A stretch of DNA of 64,000 nucleotides. It comes from an uncultured bacterium (GTDB taxonomy: Bacteria; Patescibacteriota; Minisyncoccia; Phycocordibacterales; PALSA-1337). The position numbers were made by a program, and so were the translations under genes. Positions 46,901 through 55,273 of the stretch are shown in pieces. The stretch is from assembly GCA_903872035.1 (NCBI GenBank), contig CAIQIZ010000022.1, forward strand, positions 5,156 to 69,155, read 5' to 3'. Each line of letters opens with the position of its first letter. Position 1 is the first letter of the stretch. The notes beneath the pieces were generated by a model. The model was not told the origin of the DNA, made no database searches, and worked only from the letters and a program-made list of their open reading frames with translations.

Positions 46901-47410
46901 CAACAAAACTCTGAATCAGTCGCCTCAGTATTGCGTGCTATGCTAATCGCTCTAGTTCTCATCGTTGCTACTCTTATCATTCAATTCAATTCATTTAGAA
47001 AAGCTCTGATCGTTCTGGTTCCAATTCCGTTGGCTTTGATTGGCGTATTCATTGGAATGGCGGTCTTCAATGTGCCGCTAAGCTTCCCGGGTTTGATAGG
47101 AATCCTGGCATTATTCGGAATCGTCGTGAAGAACGCCATCATTCTCGTAGACAAAATAAATCTGAATATTAAAAGCGGCATAAAATTCGAGGACGCTATC
47201 GCTGACGCAGGGAAGTCCCGATTGGAAGCAATCTTCATCACCTCGATCTGCACGATCTTCGGCATTCTTCCGGTCACACTTTCAAATGAATTATGGCGAT
47301 CTCTGGGTGGCGCTGTTATTTTCGGACTGACATTGTCTTCATTCCTGACGCTTTACATAGTCCCGGCGTTCTTTTTGCTGTTAGTGAAAGATGAGAAGCA
47401 ACATTTCTAA
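43988..47410 (+). CDS. RND-superfamily efflux permease (AcrB/HAE-like, 12 TM)
   Basis: 1140 aa. Two TM bundles separated by large periplasmic loops. Conserved 'ALGLLVDDAIVVV' TM4 motif. ATGA overlap with the adaptor gene. Confidence 0.85.
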   Translation: MSAKNMNNKEHSSDSQYLERLQFRPELRKTWLNFFVTNFRVVILMILIITAWGLYSFFSLPRESNPEVKIPIAIVTTVYPGASPSDVEQFVTKKIETQLSGLKGLNKLTSNSYNSLSAITVEFNASADIQSSIQLLRNAVDTAKPNISTDAKDPVVTEVSLDDMPVWSISLTGPYDAFTMRKNAEDMQTELQKIPGVRQVDISGGDEKEFEVAYKPDRLLFYGIDSGTANSAITAANVAIPAGNFETGTFVVPIRSDEALDTVSEIENVPVSHTVGGSLVLIKDIAVVSEKAVKKTTYSRLSIAGSVPKNAVTLSLIKRQGSSVLDTTDQAKATVDTMVKALSPGITYSIVGEDLAKVVRHDFTQLTDDFLLTLLLVFGILFAIVGLKEAFVAGIAIPLVFFVSFGCLLLLGISLNFLSLFSLILALGLLVDDAIVVVSATKQYLNTGKFTPEEAVLLVLNDFKWVLTTTTLATVWAFLPLLFATGIIGQYLKSIPITVSITLVSSLLIALMINHPLAAVLERIRLTRRFFFIIEGLLIAIAALLFYSGGLTAIIFGIVLIGIEAYLILWYEKGGKQALQENVVKMENEWESDDLIKTKLRQQGDREGHENFRQRLIHGIVNFHSFLPIYERSFRHYILDKKRRRWVLGSVIALFIVSVALIPLGFVQSVFFPVQDSDYVYIDMRAPVGTNLTETSRRVQSVETKLLGYKDINNFSTIIGQASPNSGSFGSGAGSASNLASISIILNDAGVRKLKSYDFADKLRADLARSNGLEVNVSTLAGGPPSGSAFEAHIAGDDLDKLSSIVNDLKPMLSSIPGTVSVNVSQKESVPEYTFELDPAAMEQNNLNAAVVGMALRTAISGVDVVKIVEGDKEIQLVATFDQHSLPDLAAVQNLQILNTHGQPVYLKDVANIQLKPAVDVITRIDQKRTIILSAGTDSSTNGQSVLAAFQKKLVSYNMPAGYSITYGGENQQNSESVASVLRAMLIALVLIVATLIIQFNSFRKALIVLVPIPLALIGVFIGMAVFNVPLSFPGLIGILALFGIVVKNAIILVDKINLNIKSGIKFEDAIADAGKSRLEAIFITSICTIFGILPVTLSNELWRSLGGAVIFGLTLSSFLTLYIVPAFFLLLVKDEKQHF

Positions 47411-47415
47411 GTTAA

Positions 47416-47448
47416 GAAAAAGGCCACCCAAACCTGGGCGGCCGATTG
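47416..47448. terminator. Bidirectional terminator between the RND gene (+) and 47471..48328 (-)
   Basis: 'AAAAA-GGCCACCCA-AACC-TGGGCGGCC', with a T-run on the minus-strand side. Confidence 0.5.
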
Positions 47449-47470
47449 GCAAGTTTCGTACTCACCGCAT

Positions 47471-48328
47471 CTAAAGAACAGTCGAACTTTGAAGATCGTC
47501 GATCAACGACCATGCTGCTGGCGAATGCTGTTTGAAGTCTGCCTCATCCTGATCATTCGGCGCTATACCCAAGATGTACCCAACAAAGCTCTCACAGATC
47601 TGTTCTGCCACAGCTCGAGTGAACTTTTCAGGATCCTTTTCCGCGACTTCGCGTGTCAACGAATCCAGATATGTTGCTGCATATCTAGTTGGGAAAAGCG
47701 GCCTATTCTCTGACAACAGGAGTTCCTCCCATCGGTTCCACCATTGCTCGAACGTGAACCTGGAGCTATTCCTGGCCAGACGGATGCTCTCTCGGAGCGC
47801 CCGCGATCGACGCTTGAATTCGATCGTGTGGAAAAATTCGTGCAGGAAGACGTGAAGTTGGTAAAGCCAACGTATGCGTGCATCCTCATGGATACAGACT
47901 GGCAGTGCCGATGGGTAGATGACATCACCGATCGACCTGCCGATCAATATCCTTCCGGAATGCTGTCCAGGCCTAGGAAAATCAGCTTCAGGAACAAAAT
48001 CCACATCTATCCATGATCCATCGGCCGAAAATATCGGTACCGGAACTGTCGAGGCGTGCTCGTAGTCGATAGTGCTGAGCAGTGAGAGATCTCTGAAAGG
48101 TTGGGGCAAGCGACCGACGATCTCCCTGATCTCCACGGGGTGGAGCTGTGTACCGCTGTGCTGCAAGATGCAGAGCCCAGGATACGAATATATTGGCAAG
48201 CGCATAGGCGGTCGATCCATAAGCTCACGAACCGCGGTTTCATATCGTTCACGATGGAGTGCAACGAATTGCAGTGCCGGACGAAGGTCGTAGTTACCCT
48301 TCTTCATTTCGATTTCATCTGCGTTCAT
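47471..48328 (-). CDS. Hypothetical protein with HExxH motif ('LHEFFHTIEF')
   Basis: 285-aa ORF in a locally GC-richer stretch with many overlapping spurious ORFs. A downstream terminator supports the minus-strand reading. Confidence 0.45.
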   Translation of the reverse strand: MNADEIEMKKGNYDLRPALQFVALHRERYETAVRELMDRPPMRLPIYSYPGLCILQHSGTQLHPVEIREIVGRLPQPFRDLSLLSTIDYEHASTVPVPIFSADGSWIDVDFVPEADFPRPGQHSGRILIGRSIGDVIYPSALPVCIHEDARIRWLYQLHVFLHEFFHTIEFKRRSRALRESIRLARNSSRFTFEQWWNRWEELLLSENRPLFPTRYAATYLDSLTREVAEKDPEKFTRAVAEQICESFVGYILGIAPNDQDEADFKQHSPAAWSLIDDLQSSTVL

Positions 48329-48435
48329 AATGCATGTTCATGTATCAAGTTACAGTCGTCTATCTCTGATACTACAATTATATTACCGTTTGTCAATATA
48401 TGTAGAATATCTCTGTTTCTTGCTATCATTACCGA

Positions 48436-49413
48436 ATGAAAAAGAACCTATTATCCGGCGTAAAACCGACCGGCAGGCCGCATATCGGCAATTATTTCGG
48501 AGCCATGAAGCAATTCGTGGATCTTCAAGATGGTCGAGGCCAGGCCTCGGACAGTTACGACTGTCATTTATTCGTAGCCGATTATCACGCACTCAACCTG
48601 ATTCAAGACGCCGAACAAATGCGACAGCTTACTCTCGATTTAGTTCTTGATTATTTAGCAATTGGCCTTGATCCAAAGAAGTCGATCATATTCAAACAGT
48701 CAGATGTTCCGGCTCACACCGAATTGGCGTGGATTTTTGACACCATAGTGACTATGCCATACTTGATGAGAGCACATGCTTACAAAGACGCCGAAGCAAA
48801 GAATAAGGAGATCAATGTTGGCACGTTCAATTATCCGGTATTGATGGCAGCTGATATCCTGCTTTATGACACCGATGTTGTTCCTGTCGGCCAAGATCAG
48901 AAACAACATGTAGAGTACGCGCGTGATATCGCATTGAAATTTAATCACATCTTCAAGAGTGAGACTTTCAAATTGCCGGAGCCGATCATACTTGAATCGG
49001 TCGCAACAGTCCCTGGAATAGATGGCCGAAAGATGTCGAAGAGTTATAACAATACTATCCCTCTGTTTGCGACGCGTGAAGAGATCCAAAAAGCAGTCAT
49101 GGCGATAGTCACTGATTCGGGTGGTCCAGAAGCCGGCGGAGTTCCGACGAACGTCTTTGTCATGCACAAACTCTTCAAATCGGAGGCCGAATTGAAGCCG
49201 CTCTATGAAACAAATGCCGGCAAATATAAGATCTTGAAGGAAGCTCTTGTCGAGGATATCGATGCATTCATTAAGCCTCTTCGCGAGCGCCGTGAAAAGC
49301 TGGCCAGCGACGTGAAAAACGTTATAAAAGTCTTGGAAGATGGCGCGAATAATGCGAACATAAAGGCGAATGCCAAGCTGCTCGAGGCAAAGAAGGCAAT
49401 CGGTGTCATTTAG
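48436..49413 (+). CDS. trpS: Tryptophanyl-tRNA synthetase
   Basis: 'SGVKPTGRPHIGNYFGA' (HIGH-type), 'KMSKSYNNTI' (KMSKS) and 'VPVGQDQKQHVE'. Confidence 0.9.
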   Translation: MKKNLLSGVKPTGRPHIGNYFGAMKQFVDLQDGRGQASDSYDCHLFVADYHALNLIQDAEQMRQLTLDLVLDYLAIGLDPKKSIIFKQSDVPAHTELAWIFDTIVTMPYLMRAHAYKDAEAKNKEINVGTFNYPVLMAADILLYDTDVVPVGQDQKQHVEYARDIALKFNHIFKSETFKLPEPIILESVATVPGIDGRKMSKSYNNTIPLFATREEIQKAVMAIVTDSGGPEAGGVPTNVFVMHKLFKSEAELKPLYETNAGKYKILKEALVEDIDAFIKPLRERREKLASDVKNVIKVLEDGANNANIKANAKLLEAKKAIGVI

Positions 49414-49454
49414 GTCTGACCTAAAAGAGGCATTTTAGGTTAAACCTCGAACAA

Positions 49455-50177
49455 ATGCTATTCACTGTCAAAACCCAATCATTCGAAGGCCCGCTCGACC
49501 TGCTGCTCGATCTTATCGAGAAGCGGAAGTTGTTCATCAATGACATCTCTCTAGTCAAAGTCACGGACGACTTTATTGCACATGTAAGACAGTTCGAAAA
49601 TCTGCCCATGGCTGAATCAGCTCATTTTATTTTGGTTGCATCGACTTTGCTTTTGATCAAATCCAAATCGCTGCTTCCGGACTTGAATCTGACAGAAGAG
49701 GAACAGACTGATATCCACGATCTGGAAACCAGATTGAAGATCTATCAGAAGATCAAGGACGCCAGCAAGCATGTGCAAAATCTTTTTGGAGCCGAGATGA
49801 TCTTCAGTCAGTCTCAATCGCGTCATTTCGAGCCAGTATTCGCTCCTGATCCGGAATTCACTCTTGAAAGAGCATTGCTGTCTCTGAAGGACCTTATCAG
49901 TAGATTACCGAAGGTCGAGACTTTGCCCAAGCACATCGTTCAGAAGGTGATCAGTCTAGAAGATATGATCGGAAATCTGACGACGAGGATCACGACTCAA
50001 CTCCGGATGAGCTTCAAGCAATTCGCTTCAGAGCAAAAAGGGGAGCGCGTGAATGTCATTGTCAGCTTTCTAGCCATGCTGGAGTTGGTCAAAGATGGAG
50101 TGTTGATGGTCTCGCAAGAATCACAATTTGGCGATATTCAGATGGAGACGAAGGAAGTTGGAGTGCCGAGGTACTAG
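49455..50177 (+). CDS. scpA: Segregation and condensation protein A
   Basis: 'FEGPLDLLLDLIEKRKLFINDISLVKVTDDF' is the ScpA N-terminus. Confidence 0.8.
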   Translation: MLFTVKTQSFEGPLDLLLDLIEKRKLFINDISLVKVTDDFIAHVRQFENLPMAESAHFILVASTLLLIKSKSLLPDLNLTEEEQTDIHDLETRLKIYQKIKDASKHVQNLFGAEMIFSQSQSRHFEPVFAPDPEFTLERALLSLKDLISRLPKVETLPKHIVQKVISLEDMIGNLTTRITTQLRMSFKQFASEQKGERVNVIVSFLAMLELVKDGVLMVSQESQFGDIQMETKEVGVPRY

Positions 50178-50230
50178 AAGTAGGGCCAGTCGGGCCGAAA
50201 TTGATGAGCGATAATTCTGGCTGATTTGGG

Positions 50231-50367
50231 TAGGTGGGAGGAGCGCATCCACTTTGAAAGCACTTTAGTCAACTAAAGTCAGATTGCAGAAAAACAACTG
50301 CAAATTTTGAACCTCCTACTTTAGTCAACTAAAGTGTGTGCAAAATGAACAACATACCCCCACCTAC
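50231..50367. repeat. MITE-like palindrome-rich element between scpA and scpB (about 11-bp terminal inverted repeats; internal 18-nt palindrome x2)
   Basis: Ends 'GTAGGTGGGAGG' ... 'CCCCCACCTAC'. Internal 'ACTTTAGTCAACTAAAGT' at 50263-50280 and 50320-50337. Central 'TTGCAGAAAAACAACTGCAA'. Confidence 0.35.
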
Positions 50368-50452
50368 GAACCACGGCCGATTTTAGAATCCACAGTGAAA
50401 TCGTCAAGATTACTGTTATAATTGAAACACCGCAACTCAATTGTGATCTTAA

Positions 50453-51013
50453 TTGGAAATTCTCATGAACCTATCCGCTCAAATCGAAGCCATCCTCTTT
50501 TGGAAAGCTGAACCAGTTTCATTTAAAAAACTGGCGTCATTGCTGAACGTTGATTTGACTGCGGTTGAAGCCGGCATCGTCGAACTTGAATCAGCATTGA
50601 AGGGAAGGGGACTTACCTTAATTCAAACAGACGAAGAAGTCATGCTTGGCACTTCCAAAGAGATGTCGCCAATAATCGAACAATTGACTAAGGATGAGCT
50701 GACTCGTGATTTGGGAAAGGCTGGACTAGAAACGCTTTCAATAATTCTCTACCAAGGACCTATTTCACGAGCCGATATCGATTACATCCGTGGCGTAAAT
50801 TCTCAATTCATTCTGCGGAATTTGCTGATCCGCGGATTGGTCGAAAGGATAGACAATCCAAAGGATGCACGAAGCTTCTTATACAAGACAACCTTAGATC
50901 TCCTATCACATCTAGGAATTTCAAAAGTCACCGATCTGCCTGAATATGAGAATGTGAGGAAAGATATCGAGAGTTTCAAAACGGCCGCCCAAATTCGAAA
51001 TTCGAATTTATAA
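50453..51013 (+). CDS. scpB: Segregation and condensation protein B
   Basis: Tandem winged-helix 'LSAQIEAILFWKAEPVSFKKLASLLNVD...GLTLIQ' and 'ETLSIILYQGPISRADIDYIRGVNSQFILRNLLIRGLV'. Confidence 0.8.
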   Translation: MEILMNLSAQIEAILFWKAEPVSFKKLASLLNVDLTAVEAGIVELESALKGRGLTLIQTDEEVMLGTSKEMSPIIEQLTKDELTRDLGKAGLETLSIILYQGPISRADIDYIRGVNSQFILRNLLIRGLVERIDNPKDARSFLYKTTLDLLSHLGISKVTDLPEYENVRKDIESFKTAAQIRNSNL

Positions 51014-51016
51014 CGA

Positions 51017-52120
51017 ATGCCGAATACCAGCCAAAAGATCGATCGTTTTTTTCTCATCACAGTGGGAATTTTGACTATATTCGGATTTGTAATATTCCTT
51101 TCGGCATCACTAGGACTTCTAGCTCAAAACGGGACTAGCTTTGCCACAGTGGCTGAAAAACAAACTATTAGCTTGTCGATCGGCGTAATCCTATTCTTTG
51201 TCTTCTCTAAAATCCAATATTCCTGGCCCCGTAAAGGCGCTCTATTCATCTTGGTCGGAGCTGTCATTATCAATCTCCTCTTATTCGTCCCGAGCCTGTC
51301 TCTCCACTTCAACGGGGCATCGCGGTGGCTAAAGCTCGGCTCCATGTCTTTCCAGCCTTCTGAACTACTGAAGATCGCACTGATAATTTATCTGGCAGCG
51401 TGGGCATATCTTACCAAGGATCGTATTGTGGAAATGAAACACGGCCTTATCCCTTTCGTGGCCATTATGTCGATCGTAAGTCTGTTACTCCTAGCGCAAC
51501 GCGACACAGATACCCTAGTCATCATTGCTGGCACCGGACTCATCATGTTCATAGTCGCCGGCATGCCTCTCCGGCACGTCTTGATCGTCGGTCTGCTCAT
51601 GGGAGTTTTGGTCGGCGGGGTAATTTTGGTTCGTCCATATGCTCTGGAACGCGTAAAGACCTATTTCAACAGACAGTCTGACTTGCAAGGCTCCGGTTAC
51701 CAGATCAACCAATCACTGATAGCCATAGGATCAGGTCAATTTTTCGGTCGTGGCTTTGGACAGAGCGTCCAAAAATTCGGTTACCTGCCCCAGCCAACAG
51801 ATGACTCCATATTTGCTGTGGCTGCTGAGGAATTCGGTTTTGTTGGGAGTATGGGTTTGCTCGTTCTTTACGTCTTGCTAGCAGCGAGCATTTTTCGCAT
51901 TGGCAATAGATCTGCTGACGTATTTGGCGGTCTTATCTGTATCGGCATCGCCATACTGATCATTATCGAATCATTCATGAATATGGGAGCCATGCTTGGT
52001 CTCATACCGCTATCTGGGATTCCTTTGTTATTCGTCAGTCACGGAGGTACGGCTCTCATCATCACGCTAATAACCATGGGAATAGTCGCCAATGTTTCCA
52101 AGTATTCACGTCAGGCCTGA
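51017..52120 (+). CDS. ftsW: SEDS-family peptidoglycan glycosyltransferase (FtsW/RodA)
   Basis: 10-TM protein with 'QPSELLKIALIIYLAAW' and 'GGTALIITLITMGI'. Confidence 0.85.
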   Translation: MPNTSQKIDRFFLITVGILTIFGFVIFLSASLGLLAQNGTSFATVAEKQTISLSIGVILFFVFSKIQYSWPRKGALFILVGAVIINLLLFVPSLSLHFNGASRWLKLGSMSFQPSELLKIALIIYLAAWAYLTKDRIVEMKHGLIPFVAIMSIVSLLLLAQRDTDTLVIIAGTGLIMFIVAGMPLRHVLIVGLLMGVLVGGVILVRPYALERVKTYFNRQSDLQGSGYQINQSLIAIGSGQFFGRGFGQSVQKFGYLPQPTDDSIFAVAAEEFGFVGSMGLLVLYVLLAASIFRIGNRSADVFGGLICIGIAILIIIESFMNMGAMLGLIPLSGIPLLFVSHGGTALIITLITMGIVANVSKYSRQA

Positions 52121-52142
52121 TCTGATGTAATATATAGATACC

Positions 52143-53276
52143 ATGAAGATCCTATTCACCGGCGGTGGCACAGGCGGGCATTTCTATCCCATAATCGCTG
52201 TCGCTGAAGCGGTCAGGGAACGTGCGAAGGAACGCAGGATACTTGAGCCATCGCTGTTCTACATGGCCACCTCAAAATACAATCCTCGCTCACTATTCGA
52301 TAATGGAATTGAATTTGTGAACATTCCAGCTGGCAAGATTCGTCGATATTTCTCATTGTTGAATGTCACTGATCTCTTTAAAACCTTCATCGGCATCATC
52401 ATTGCTATTTTCAGAATGTTCTCCATATATCCCGACGTCGTCTTTGGAAAAGGCGGTTATGCCAGTTTCCCAGCCCTAGTAGCTGCCAGATTGCTGCGAA
52501 TCCCTGTAGTCATCCATGAATCTGATAGCCGACCGGGAAAGGTCAATGCTTGGGCCGGAAAGTTTGCCCAAAAGATAGCCCTGTCATATCCCCAAGCCGC
52601 CGAATTCTTTCCCAAACATAAGGACAGGATAGCTCTCACCGGTAATCCCATTCGACGAGAAATCGTTCAGCCACTATCCAATGGGGCTCATGAATACATG
52701 CTCCTCGAACTAGGAACGCCGACCATTTTAGTGCTCGGAGGTTCACAAGGTGCCCAAGCTATCAATGATGTGATGATCGAGGCCTTGCCGGAACTTTTGA
52801 ATAAGTATCAAATTATCCACCAAACCGGTAAGAATAATCTTGAAGGAATGAAGCAGATGTCGACACTTGTTCTCAAAGGCCACGAATACGCCTACCGGTA
52901 CCATCCATTGGATTACCTAAACGACCTTTCGCTCCGAATGTCCGCCGGCGTGGCTGACATAGTAGTTTCTCGCGCTGGGTCTACGATCTTCGAGATCGCG
53001 GCTTGGGGTATTCCATCGATCATCATACCTTTGCCGCATTCCGTTTCGCACGATCAGACCGACAATGCATTTGCCTACGCCCGGAGCGGGGCGGCCTCGG
53101 TCATCGAGGAGAACAACCTTAGCTCTCATATCCTCGTAGAAGAGATAGATCGGATAGTTGGGTCGGTCTCTTTGACTGCAACTATGAAGGAACATGCCAA
53201 AGCTTTTGCGCGTCTAGACAGTGCCCGAGTCATCGCCGATGGCATCCTAGACATTGCATTACAACATGAAAAGTGA
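52143..53276 (+). CDS. murG: UDP-N-acetylglucosamine--N-acetylmuramyl-(pentapeptide)-pyrophosphoryl-undecaprenol N-acetylglucosamine transferase
   Basis: 'ILFTGGGTGGHFYPIIAVAE' and C-terminal 'GGSQGAQAIN...HQTG'. Confidence 0.9.
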   Translation: MKILFTGGGTGGHFYPIIAVAEAVRERAKERRILEPSLFYMATSKYNPRSLFDNGIEFVNIPAGKIRRYFSLLNVTDLFKTFIGIIIAIFRMFSIYPDVVFGKGGYASFPALVAARLLRIPVVIHESDSRPGKVNAWAGKFAQKIALSYPQAAEFFPKHKDRIALTGNPIRREIVQPLSNGAHEYMLLELGTPTILVLGGSQGAQAINDVMIEALPELLNKYQIIHQTGKNNLEGMKQMSTLVLKGHEYAYRYHPLDYLNDLSLRMSAGVADIVVSRAGSTIFEIAAWGIPSIIIPLPHSVSHDQTDNAFAYARSGAASVIEENNLSSHILVEEIDRIVGSVSLTATMKEHAKAFARLDSARVIADGILDIALQHEK

Positions 53277-53333
53277 TAGAGTTATGGCCTAAAAGTCGTA
53301 ATTACAAGCATTTTTAATGCTCCTAATAATCAT

Positions 53334-53840
53334 ATGGAACCTAATTCTTCAGGTATAAAGACGTGGCAATGGGTAGTGACCGTCGTTGTCATTATCGTGA
53401 TCATCGTTATTTGTGTCTTGGTCTTTGGTGGTAAGGGCTCTCAAGCTCCCGCTACTGGAACCAACACGGTCAATACGACCGATCAGACAGCTGCTCTTAA
53501 TAAGATCGACATGAATGATCAGTTTCCTGGTAACGTTGTTTACATAAATACAGTCACTGTGGCCAATCCGAGCTGGGTGGTCATCCAATCTGACAATAGT
53601 GGACAACCTGGTGCCGTCATCGGTTCCGCTGAATACAAGGCTGGCATGAATCCTGGTGGAAAGCTCACACTCTCACAGGCCATGGTTGATGGAGGAACGT
53701 ACTACGCCGTCATCTACACCAATGATGGTAGCGGCAAGTTCAGCGCCGCCACCGACAAGCCTCTCACGGATTCTAGCGGAAATATCGTCATGAAGGTATT
53801 CCATGCCACGACTTCAGCTGGAGCGGGACTCAAAGGATAA
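53334..53840 (+). CDS. Hypothetical membrane-anchored protein (N-terminal TM, Thr/Gly-rich ectodomain)
   Basis: TM 'WQWVVTVVVIIVIIVICVLVF'. Followed by an AAGGAG-repeat element plus terminator. Confidence 0.5.
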   Translation: MEPNSSGIKTWQWVVTVVVIIVIIVICVLVFGGKGSQAPATGTNTVNTTDQTAALNKIDMNDQFPGNVVYINTVTVANPSWVVIQSDNSGQPGAVIGSAEYKAGMNPGGKLTLSQAMVDGGTYYAVIYTNDGSGKFSAATDKPLTDSSGNIVMKVFHATTSAGAGLKG

Positions 53841-53890
53841 GGAGCAAGGAGGAAGAAGCAAGGAGAAGGTCGGCGCTATGCCGGCCTTTT
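53841..53890 (+). terminator. AAGGAG-repeat element plus rho-independent terminator
   Basis: 'GGAGCAAGGAGGAAGAAGCAAGGAGAAG' then the hairpin 'GGTCGGCG-CTAT-GCCGGCC' and 'TTTTC'. Confidence 0.55.
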
Positions 53891-53932
53891 CTATTAATTG
53901 AATAGCTGAGCGATTACCGCTATACTATCGAC

Positions 53933-55273
53933 ATGGATGAACAAAAGAAAGTAGTAACCAGATTTGCCCCTTCTCCGACAGGCCTATTTCATGCTGGAAG
54001 CTACAGAACGGCCCTTTTTGCTTACATATTCGCCAGACAGAATAATGGTAAATTTATACTACGAATAGAGGATACTGACAAAATGCGGTCGACAAAGGAG
54101 TATGAGGATAACATCATTGAGAGTCTCAAGTGGCTCGGATTGTCGTACGACGAATTTTACAGACAATCGGATAGGACGGAGATCTATAAAAAATACATTA
54201 AAAAACTGATTGACTCTGGACACGCCTATGTTTCAGAAGAGACTCCCAAAGAAGCAGGTGATAGGGCTGAAGTGATACGTTTCAAAAACCCCAATAAAAA
54301 AGTGGCGTTCGATGACCTGATTCGAGGGAAGATAGAATTCGATACCACGGAATTGGGCGATTTCGTCATAGCAAAAAGCATAGATGAACCCGTATTTCAC
54401 TTGGTGAACGTCGTCGACGACTATGAAATGGGGATGACACATATCATCCGAGGAGAAGACCATATCTCAAATACACCGCGTCAGATTTTGATATTTGAAG
54501 CTATTGGAGCCAAACCACCGATCTACGCTCACATACCGCTTCTACTTGGAAAGGATCGCTCCAAGTTATCCAAACGAAAAGGAGCAATATCAATGACAGA
54601 ATACCGTAATCGCGGTTTTCTGCCAGAAGCTCTAGTCAATTATATGGCCTTGCTCGGCTGGCATCCGGCTGACGACATAGAAGTATTGTCGCTTGAACAG
54701 ATAATCAAGGATTTTACGCTCGATCGCGTACAAAAAGCGGGGGCCATCTTTGATGAGGAAAAGCTGCAATGGTTCGACCGCCAATACATAAGCAAGCTCA
54801 GCGACAATGACTTTCACTCGAAAGCGTCTGCTTTTATTCCCGAATGGTTGAAAACTGATAGTGTACGCCTGAACCGGTGCATTGTTCTGCTTCGCGAGAA
54901 GGTCTCCAGTTTCGGGGAAATCCCTAAACTATTTGAAGCTGACGGCGAGCTCGGTTTTGTCAAAGAATTGAAGAGCTACACGCCGGACATGCTTCTTTGG
55001 AAGAAAAATCCTAGCAAGGAAGCGGCAGCGGCGAATTTGAAGCAGGCTAGCGAATCATTAGAAGCTATTCCAGACGATTCATTTACTGCCGAGTCGATCA
55101 AAAATTCTATATGGAAATACGCCGAAGAGAAGGGTAAAGGCGATGTTCTCTGGCCACTCCGGATGGCTTTAACGGGTCAAGATAAGTCTCCAGATCCATT
55201 CAATTCCGCATTCATTCTTGGAAAGGTTGAATCTTTGACGAGAATCAAATATGCACTTGAAAAGCTCTCATAA
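53933..55273 (+). CDS. gltX: Glutamyl-tRNA synthetase
   Basis: 'RFAPSPTGLFHAGSYRTALF' (HIGH-type), 'IRIEDTD', 'KLSKRKG' (KMSKS-type). Confidence 0.9.
   Translation: MDEQKKVVTRFAPSPTGLFHAGSYRTALFAYIFARQNNGKFILRIEDTDKMRSTKEYEDNIIESLKWLGLSYDEFYRQSDRTEIYKKYIKKLIDSGHAYVSEETPKEAGDRAEVIRFKNPNKKVAFDDLIRGKIEFDTTELGDFVIAKSIDEPVFHLVNVVDDYEMGMTHIIRGEDHISNTPRQILIFEAIGAKPPIYAHIPLLLGKDRSKLSKRKGAISMTEYRNRGFLPEALVNYMALLGWHPADDIEVLSLEQIIKDFTLDRVQKAGAIFDEEKLQWFDRQYISKLSDNDFHSKASAFIPEWLKTDSVRLNRCIVLLREKVSSFGEIPKLFEADGELGFVKELKSYTPDMLLWKKNPSKEAAAANLKQASESLEAIPDDSFTAESIKNSIWKYAEEKGKGDVLWPLRMALTGQDKSPDPFNSAFILGKVESLTRIKYALEKLS

Noticed and set aside
47489-48650. Cluster of overlapping + strand ORFs (47489..47713, 47574..47855, 47744..48016, 48072..48293, 48101..48439, 48330..48650)
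   Set aside because: All overlap the longer minus-strand HExxH ORF 47471..48328, or the trpS upstream region, in a GC-richer patch. They are judged spurious.
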